Source: Dehalococcoidia bacterium
GTDB lineage: Bacteria; Chloroflexota; Dehalococcoidia; Lucifugimonadales; UBA3495
DNA length: 64,000 nt
Direction: 5' to 3'
Assembly: GCA_034420695.1 (NCBI GenBank)
Contig: DAOULB010000040.1
Coordinates: 80,162-144,161, forward strand
Position 1 is the first letter of the stretch. Each line of letters opens with the position of its first letter. Both the position numbers and the translations under genes were made by a program. Below the pieces are notes generated by a model. That model was not told the origin of the DNA and did not search any database. It worked only from the letters and a program-made list of their open reading frames with translations. Shown here piece after piece: positions 57,729-64,000 of the stretch.

Positions 57729-58655
57729 TTAGGACAACAGAGGTGTCACCTCTTCGGCAATACGCTGAATCTGTTCCACGTTGGTGTCGCAGGGCCCCAG
57801 CATAACCGTTTGGGCTCCGGCGTCGATGAACGGCCTGATCTTGGCGGCGCACCTTTCCGCCGGCCCCCAGGCGCAATGCTCTTCAACGTCGTATCCCGGC
57901 CCGTAATAGGCGTGCAGTGATGCCCGCAGTTCCGCCTTGCACCGCTCTTCGTCGTCGCCCACGCAGATGTAGACCAACTTTCCCGATTCCATGGTATCCG
58001 GGTCCTTACCCACCTCTCCGGCGCGGTTTAGGACCGCCTGCCATGCTTGGGCGAAAGACTCGGCGTCGCCGGTGCTCCCTGCCACCCAGCCGTCGCCCAG
58101 CTCGGCGCTTCTCCGCAACACCGCCTCCGAACGCCCGCCCAAAATGATGGGCACTGAATTGTTCCGCGGCGGTTTCGGCATCAAGCTGGCGTTTTCCAAG
58201 TCAAAGTGCCGTCCGTGAAACGTCACCTCATCCTCGGCCCACAACCGGCGCATCAACTCCAATCCCTCGGTGAACCTGCTGACCCGGCTGCTCAAGGACA
58301 CCCCCAGCGACTCGAACTCCTCGTCCCGGCCTCCCAATGATATTCCCAGGGTGAGCCGCCCGCCGGACAGGGCGTCCAACGTGGCCGTGGTCCTGGCCAT
58401 CAGCGCCGGGTGCCGCAGGGCGAATAGAATCACCGCCGTCCCCAAGCGGATTCTCGACGTGGCAGTAGCAGCGCAGGCCAGCAGGGTAAACGGGTCCAGG
58501 ATGCTGATGCGGTGGAAAATCCGGTCGGTCATCCACAGCGACTCGAACCCCAGGTCTTCCGCAGCCTTGAAGAAACTGGCGAAGTCCTCCATGCTGGGCG
58601 TTGCCCCTTTGTAGCTGCCTGGCACCAGGATGCCAATGTTGGCCTTAGCTGTCAT
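57729..58655 (-). CDS. LLM-class flavin-dependent oxidoreductase
   Basis: AEDLGFESLWMTD, DPFTLLA, TSRIRLGTAV, D.LSGGRLTLG, P.P...PIILGG. Confidence 0.92.
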   Translation of the reverse strand: MTAKANIGILVPGSYKGATPSMEDFASFFKAAEDLGFESLWMTDRIFHRISILDPFTLLACAATATSRIRLGTAVILFALRHPALMARTTATLDALSGGRLTLGISLGGRDEEFESLGVSLSSRVSRFTEGLELMRRLWAEDEVTFHGRHFDLENASLMPKPPRNNSVPIILGGRSEAVLRRSAELGDGWVAGSTGDAESFAQAWQAVLNRAGEVGKDPDTMESGKLVYICVGDDEERCKAELRASLHAYYGPGYDVEEHCAWGPAERCAAKIRPFIDAGAQTVMLGPCDTNVEQIQRIAEEVTPLLS

Positions 58656-58725
58656 AGTTTCCTCTCTAAGCATGTTTCCTGCCCGACTGGGCTCACCGTT
58701 CCCGGCTCTCGGCGTTGCGTTCTGG

Positions 58726-59531
58726 CTAGAACTGACCCAGGAACTCCAGCACCCTCTCCGTATACTGCTGCGGCGCGTCTCCGTGGGGAGGCACCTCGCC
58801 CCACTGGCTGTTGGGTACCAACCGGTGTACCCGCTCCGCCAAGGGCCGGGGGTGAATGTCGTTGGAGCCCGGCATGATCATGGACGGCGTCCTGATATTG
58901 CCTAGGGCTTCCGCAGTCATGCCGAGGCTGACGTAGGGCCCGTCGAACAGGGCGTAGATGGTGTCCCGCATGACTTGGGCAAAGTCCTCGGGCCGCATCG
59001 CCTCCAAGCGCTCCCTGTACTCGTGTTCGTACTGTGCCCTTTCCGGGGTGAAGGGAGAGAACCGGCTGTTCAGGTCGAAGGCGTCAATCACCGGCTTGAT
59101 GCCCTCGTTCATCGCCATGTCCAAGCTCTTGAACAGCTTGCCGGCCAAGTAGGCGTCGCAGATGGTGCCACCGGCGATGTTGGAAGGGAAGATGGCCTTT
59201 ACCCTCTCCGGCCTCCGGGAGGCGCAGCCAAAGGAGATCGCCGCCCCGAAGACCCTCCTCCCAGGAAGGCCTGGTCTATCGAAAGGGCGTCCATCAATTC
59301 GAAAACGTCCTGGCACACTTGGTCCCAAGTCTGCACCACCAAGGGGCTGTTGGACTTGCCGCCGAAGCGCCGGTCGTACACTATTACCCGGTACGACTCG
59401 GCCAGGGTTCCAGCCACTTCCGAATAGCTGTCCGACTTGCCCTGCAGTCCGCCCGCCGACAATATGACCGGGAATCCGCTCCCCAGTTCTTCATAGTAAA
59501 GCTCGGCCCCTGAGACGCTGGCGGTTGGCAT
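58726..59531 (-). pseudogene. Alpha/beta hydrolase split by a 1-nt frameshift (pseudogene or sequence error)
   Basis: 5' frame reads LYYEELGSG...YDRRFGGKS...FLGGG; only 2 nt (TC, 59252-59251) lie before the 3' frame FGAAISF...; one extra base restores GGSFG and a 268-aa protein. Confidence 0.85.
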
Positions 59532-59876
59532 GTTCTACCTCATAACAAGAATGTGGAAAGGGGTGGCTCTGCCGCCCGATAGATTGAACGTGGAGCCCAT
59601 CAAGGCTGTTCTTCGGCCCCGATTATAGGTTTGCCGTTGGCCCCTTTCAACGTCACGTTCAGCCAGGCCGTTTCCGATTGGAATTGACCATTCGAACGCT
59701 ACCCCTGCATTCGCTTCCCTTACTGACAGTTTCCCCTTTCCTTACCGCCTCGCGACCCGTTACCATAGTATGTGCAATGAATCTAAACCCTTCCCCGCAC
59801 TGCTCCCGGGTTGGCCCTTCAAGTTGAAATGTCCGATTTTGTCGCAAAAATCCGAAATTCCAAAGCTGCCAGCTAC

Positions 59877-59934
59877 GACAAACCTTGACAAATCTCGACA
59901 AATCTCACAAAAATCGAGACAAACCGCTGACAAA
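59877..59934 (+). repeat. Six GACAAA-like hexamers at roughly 10-11 bp spacing
   Basis: GACAAA at 59877, 59887, 59897, 59918, 59929 and CACAAA at 59906; inverted TTTGTC at 59838. Confidence 0.7.
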
Positions 59935-60161
59935 ATCGCAAGCCGGTGGCATTCAGAGCCAGCAGCATGACCTCCACCGCTTTCTTCCCCGAGTAATGGC
60001 CGCCCTTCAGGATGTACCCGTCCCACGATTTCTCTCGCCACTTCCCCCGTCTCCCCGGCCAGTCCCTGGAGCACATCCCCTTTAGCCGTGGTAAAATCCG
60101 TTCAGCGCCAGCAGACCTTTCCCCAAACCCGCTCGCGCACTATGGAAGGAGGTTCAAGCCA

Positions 60162-62486
60162 ATGGCTTCTAACGTTGTCCTGGCAACCGAGGAGTACAAC
60201 GTAGTCGGCAGCCGCCCCATCCGTCACGACGGCACCGACAAGGTTACCGGCAAGGCCCAGTACGGGGCCGATATCCATCTCCCCGGCCTTCTTTACGCCA
60301 AGGTCCTCCGCAGCCCCCACGCCCACGCCCGTATCAAGTCCATCGACGCCAGCAAGGCTTTGGCCCTCCCGGGAGTCAAGGCGGTGGTCACCTCGGCGGA
60401 CTTCCCCGAAATCAATGGCCGCTTGGCCGATTTGGGCGAGGGCGCAATGAGCAATCCCAAGTTCCTCAGCAACAACTGCCTGGCCGCCGATAAGGTCCTC
60501 TACAAGGGTCATGCCGTGGCCGGCGTTGCCGCAGAGAACTCCAGCATCGCCGAGCAGGCCTTGGCCCTCATCGACGTGGATTACGAAGTGCTTCCCTCGG
60601 TGGTGGACGTTCTGGACGCCATGAAGGAAGGTGCCCCCGTGCTCCACGAGAGGCTGGCCAACTCCAACAGCCCCATGGTGCGGGCCGGCGGGCTGCGCTC
60701 CGACGACGACCGGGAAGCCAGCACCAACGTTGCCAACAAGTTCGTCTTCGAAGTCGGCGACCTTGAAAAAGGGTTCAAAGAAGCCGACGTGGTGGTGGAG
60801 CGGGAGTACCACACCGCTACCGTTCACCAAGGCTACATCGAGCCCCATTCCGCCACCGCCTCTTGGAGTCCCGATGGCAAGGCCACTATCTGGTGCAGCA
60901 GCCAAGGTCACTTCAACGTGCGGGACCAGACAGCCAACATCATGGGAATCCCCAACTCCAGCATCAAAGTGGTCCCCATGGAAATCGGCGGCGGGTTCGG
61001 CGGCAAGACCCTGGTGTACTTGGAACCCGTGGCCCTGATGCTCTCCAAGAAGACGGGACAGCCCGTCAAGGTCACCATGAGCCGCTCCGAAGTCTTCGAG
61101 GGCACCGGTCCCACTTCCGGCACCTACATGCGCTTCAAGCTGGGCGCTAACAAGGCCGGGAAGATTACCGCTGCCGACGCCACCCTCATCTATGAAGCCG
61201 GTGCCTACCCAGGTTCTCCGGTCAACCCTGGCGTCCAGTGCATGTTGGGGCCTTACGATATCGAGAACGGCCGGGTGGAAGGCTATGACGTGGTGCTGAA
61301 CAAGCCCAAGACCGCTGCCTACCGGGCCCCCGGCGCTCCTGCCGCCGCCTTCGCCGCTGAGACGGTGGTCGACGAAGTGGCGGAGAAGCTGGGCATGGAC
61401 CCCTTGGAGTTCCGCTTGCTCAACGGCGCCAAGGAGGGCACCCGCCGCATTACCGGCCCGGTGTTCCCCCGCATCGGCTACTTGGAGACGGTGCAGGCTG
61501 CCAAGGATCACGAGCACTACTCGGCGCCTCTGTCTGAGGGCCACGAGGGCAAGCTGGTCGGCCGCGGCGTGGCCAGTGGGTTCTGGTTCAACGGTACCGG
61601 GCCCTCCTCCGCCACCGCCAGCGTTATTTCCGATGGCACGGTCAGCCTAGTCGAGGGTTCTCCCGACATCGGAGGCAGCCGGGCCGCTGTGGCAATGCAA
61701 CTGGCCGAAGTGTTGGGAATAGCCGCCGAAGACGTGAAGCCTCAAGTGGGGGACACCGATTCGGTGGGATTCACCTCCGTCACCGGTGGCAGCGGCGTGG
61801 CCTTCAAGACCGGCTGGGCCTGCTACGAAGCCGCCCTCGACATCAAGCGCCAGATGGTCCAAAGGGCCGCCACTATCTGGGACGTTTCCCCGGACGACGT
61901 TCAATACGAAGACGGGGTTATCTCCCACAAGTCCGACCCTGAGCTGCGCATCACATTCAAGCAGTTGGCCGCCCGCCTGAACGGCACCGGCGGGCCAATC
62001 GTGGGCCGGGCCAACGTCGACCCCCGGGGAGCCGGCGGCGCATTCGCTGTCCACTTGGTGGACGTCGAGGTGGATAAGGAGACCGGAAAGGTGGATATCC
62101 TTCGGTACACCACCTTCCAGGACGCCGGCAAGGCCGTCCACCCCAGCTACGTAGAAGGCCAGATGCAAGGGGGAGCGGTGCAGGGGATAGGCTGGGCCCT
62201 GAACGAAGAGTACTTCTTCAACGACCAGAGCGAGATGGTGAATTCCAGCTTCCTGGACTACAGGATGCCCACCAGCCTGGACCTCCCCATGATCGACACC
62301 ACGATAGTGGAGGTCGCCAACCCGACCCACCCCTATGGAGTGCGGGGCGTCGGCGAGGTCTCGATTGTGCCGCCCATGGCCGCCATCGCCAACGCAATTC
62401 ACAACGCCCTGGGTGTCCGGATGACACGTTTGCCCATGTCCCCAGGCAACGTCCTGGACACGGTCTGGAGTGAGAACGGCAGCTAG
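60162..62486 (+). CDS. Xanthine dehydrogenase/CoxL-family molybdopterin-binding large subunit
   Basis: KVTGKAQY, VLRSPHAHARI, GGGFGGK, AYRAPG, GQMQGGAVQGIG, GVGE; ATG 60162 follows AGGAGG. Confidence 0.93.
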   Translation: MASNVVLATEEYNVVGSRPIRHDGTDKVTGKAQYGADIHLPGLLYAKVLRSPHAHARIKSIDASKALALPGVKAVVTSADFPEINGRLADLGEGAMSNPKFLSNNCLAADKVLYKGHAVAGVAAENSSIAEQALALIDVDYEVLPSVVDVLDAMKEGAPVLHERLANSNSPMVRAGGLRSDDDREASTNVANKFVFEVGDLEKGFKEADVVVEREYHTATVHQGYIEPHSATASWSPDGKATIWCSSQGHFNVRDQTANIMGIPNSSIKVVPMEIGGGFGGKTLVYLEPVALMLSKKTGQPVKVTMSRSEVFEGTGPTSGTYMRFKLGANKAGKITAADATLIYEAGAYPGSPVNPGVQCMLGPYDIENGRVEGYDVVLNKPKTAAYRAPGAPAAAFAAETVVDEVAEKLGMDPLEFRLLNGAKEGTRRITGPVFPRIGYLETVQAAKDHEHYSAPLSEGHEGKLVGRGVASGFWFNGTGPSSATASVISDGTVSLVEGSPDIGGSRAAVAMQLAEVLGIAAEDVKPQVGDTDSVGFTSVTGGSGVAFKTGWACYEAALDIKRQMVQRAATIWDVSPDDVQYEDGVISHKSDPELRITFKQLAARLNGTGGPIVGRANVDPRGAGGAFAVHLVDVEVDKETGKVDILRYTTFQDAGKAVHPSYVEGQMQGGAVQGIGWALNEEYFFNDQSEMVNSSFLDYRMPTSLDLPMIDTTIVEVANPTHPYGVRGVGEVSIVPPMAAIANAIHNALGVRMTRLPMSPGNVLDTVWSENGS

Positions 62487-62667
62487 TCCAGCTAACCGGC
62501 CCCCCAATGGGGCCACACTTGGAAAGCCGATGGGGGCGCTATATGCGCCCCTGTCATTTGTCCGCCGCGGCCGCCTCTGGCAAAACCCCCTTCCCGCGTT
62601 TATGATGGGGCAAGTCTATTTGGTGCTTTCAAGATACTGAAGCTATCTATCCAAGGAGGAAATCAGC

Positions 62668-63627
62668 ATGGCGTCGAATATCAGCATCTGCGTGGGAACC
62701 GTGGGCCAGGGCATCTGGCAGAGCCCCGACGGCGGGGAAAATTGGGCAATGGTCAGGGAACCACTGCAGACCGAGTCTCAAGTCCGGGCGTTGACTCCCC
62801 ACCCCACCAAATCCAGCGTCATCTACGCCGGGGCCCAGAACGGCCTGTTCGTCAGCAACGACAAGGGCGTGAGCTGGGAACATATTGATTCCCCAATGAA
62901 CAATCTGCACGTGTGGAGCATCGCCATCGACCCCGACGATCCGGAGACCATTTTCGTGGGCACCCGCCCGCCCTACGTATTCCGCACCAAGGATGGTGGC
63001 AAGAACTGGGAGAAGCTCCCGGTCGAAATGGCTATGGAGTGCGCCATCGGCAGCCCCCGGATCACTGCCTTGGTCATCGACCCTTCCAACCCCAAGAACG
63101 TCTGGGCCGGCGTGGAGATCGACGGCGTCTATCGCAGCCTGGACGGCGGTGACTCCTGGAGCAAGGTGGAGGAGGGTGTCGAAGACCCCGACATCCACGG
63201 CATCGCCGTTGGCCCCGGCAGCGTGCTGGTCAGCACCCCTCGGGAGGTCTTCGCCAGCAATGACGTAGGTGAGAGCTGGCGTTCCTTGGTAAAGACCCAG
63301 GACTTCCCGCTGGGCTATTGCCGGTGGGTTGCGGTCAAGCCCGACGATCCCAGCGTGGTGTTGGCTGCCAACGGCAGCGGCGCTTACGGCAGCACCGGGG
63401 GCATACAGAGGTCCAGCGACGGCGGGCAGTCTTGGCAGACTATGGCTCTTCCCGTGGAACCCAACTCCTCCATTTGGGACTTTGCCTTCCATCCGTCGGA
63501 CCCCAACACCATCGTCGCCAACACCCTGTACGGCGAGGTTTACACCAGCAGCGACGGTGGCAGTTCCTGGGACAAAATCAAACGGGAATTCGGCGAAGTG
63601 CGGGCGGTGGCCTGGCTCCCCAACTAA
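62668..63627 (+). CDS. Asp-box (BNR) beta-propeller protein, no signal peptide
   Basis: Seven S/T-x-D-x-G-x-x-W boxes (SPDGGENW, SNDKGVSW, TKDGGKNW, SLDGGDSW, SNDVGESW, SSDGGQSW, SSDGGSSW). Confidence 0.85.
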   Translation: MASNISICVGTVGQGIWQSPDGGENWAMVREPLQTESQVRALTPHPTKSSVIYAGAQNGLFVSNDKGVSWEHIDSPMNNLHVWSIAIDPDDPETIFVGTRPPYVFRTKDGGKNWEKLPVEMAMECAIGSPRITALVIDPSNPKNVWAGVEIDGVYRSLDGGDSWSKVEEGVEDPDIHGIAVGPGSVLVSTPREVFASNDVGESWRSLVKTQDFPLGYCRWVAVKPDDPSVVLAANGSGAYGSTGGIQRSSDGGQSWQTMALPVEPNSSIWDFAFHPSDPNTIVANTLYGEVYTSSDGGSSWDKIKREFGEVRAVAWLPN

Positions 63628-63673
63628 GAACGGCTAAAAACGACGGATTCGCCCGGCCAACAAGGAGAGGGCC

Positions 63674-64000
63674 TTGGCATCGATAAGGGCCAATAGAGCC
63701 AAAGAAAAACTCGAGGCTGGCGGAGTGGTCACCACCATCTCGGGTTTGTCCAGCAGCGACATCATAGACTTCCTTGGGCCCATGGGCTTCGACGCCGCCT
63801 GGCTGGAGACCGAGCATGGCTCCGTGACTTGGGACCAGTTAGGAGACATGACCCGGGCGTGTGACCTCTGGGGAGTGACCCCAATCACCCGGGTCAACGC
63901 CAACGAGCCGTGGTTGATAACCCGCACCTTGGACCGCGGTTCAATGGGCATTGTCGTGCCCCACGTCAACAGCAGGGATGAGGCGGAGAAGGCGGCCCAG
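63674..64000 (+). CDS. HpcH/HpaI aldolase family protein (3'-partial; not in the ORF track)
   Basis: TTG after AAGGAGAGG; MASIRANRAKEKL...GFDAAWLETEHG...RVNANEPWLITRTLDRGSMGIVVPHVNS; frame open to the window end. Confidence 0.88.
   Translation, partial: MASIRANRAKEKLEAGGVVTTISGLSSSDIIDFLGPMGFDAAWLETEHGSVTWDQLGDMTRACDLWGVTPITRVNANEPWLITRTLDRGSMGIVVPHVNSRDEAEKAAQ

Noticed and set aside
59659-60085. Short ORFs in the hydrolase-xdh intergenic region
   Set aside because: Mutually overlapping, low-complexity translations of the GACAAA array; no SD or family motif
60102-61544. 480-aa antisense ORF, and similar long shadow ORFs at 7318-8721, 33474-34694, 36025-37080, 36120-37499, 52574-53977, 54101-55336
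   Set aside because: They overlap well-supported genes, have no recognisable motifs, and are expected by-products of GC-rich codon usage
60162-62486. Aerobic CO dehydrogenase CoxL
   Set aside because: Lacks form I AYRCSFR and form II AYRGAGR; no coxM/coxS adjacent

Overview
GC-rich bacterial chromosome segment, most likely Chloroflexota / Dehalococcoidia (SAR202-like). This is inferred from DUF2298 and TIGR03663-type membrane proteins, an 11-subunit nuo operon without nuoEFG, and LLM, alpha/beta-hydrolase, Xdh-family and HpcH-aldolase genes. It is mostly housekeeping: mutL (partial), ftsY, rnc, cca, Ogg1-like glycosylase, DinG, trmD, nuoABCD-HIJKLMN, eno, gap, pheA, Trk/Ktr K+ uptake, leuS. 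There is also a GT-C-type surface glycosylation cluster. I found no rRNA, tRNA, integrase, transposase or cas genes. Signals the ORF track misses: (1) a DsbA/FrnE-like gene split by an in-frame UGA exactly at the active-site Cys position (YDFR-UGA-PF), followed by a hairpin, i.e. a candidate selenoprotein heading the rnc-ftsY run; (2) seven copies of a 16-bp motif at an exact 23-bp period, ending at the ATG of an AAA+/DUF4143 ATPase-nuclease gene and overlapping its probable leaderless promoter; (3) three dispersed PaREP1/HEPN-like paralogues, one inserted antisense inside the nuo operon next to a HicB-like orphan; (4) a helically phased GACAAA array upstream of an orphan Xdh large subunit; (5) a 1-nt frameshift at the catalytic Ser codon of a hydrolase. 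Family names come from motif recognition by eye, not from database searches.
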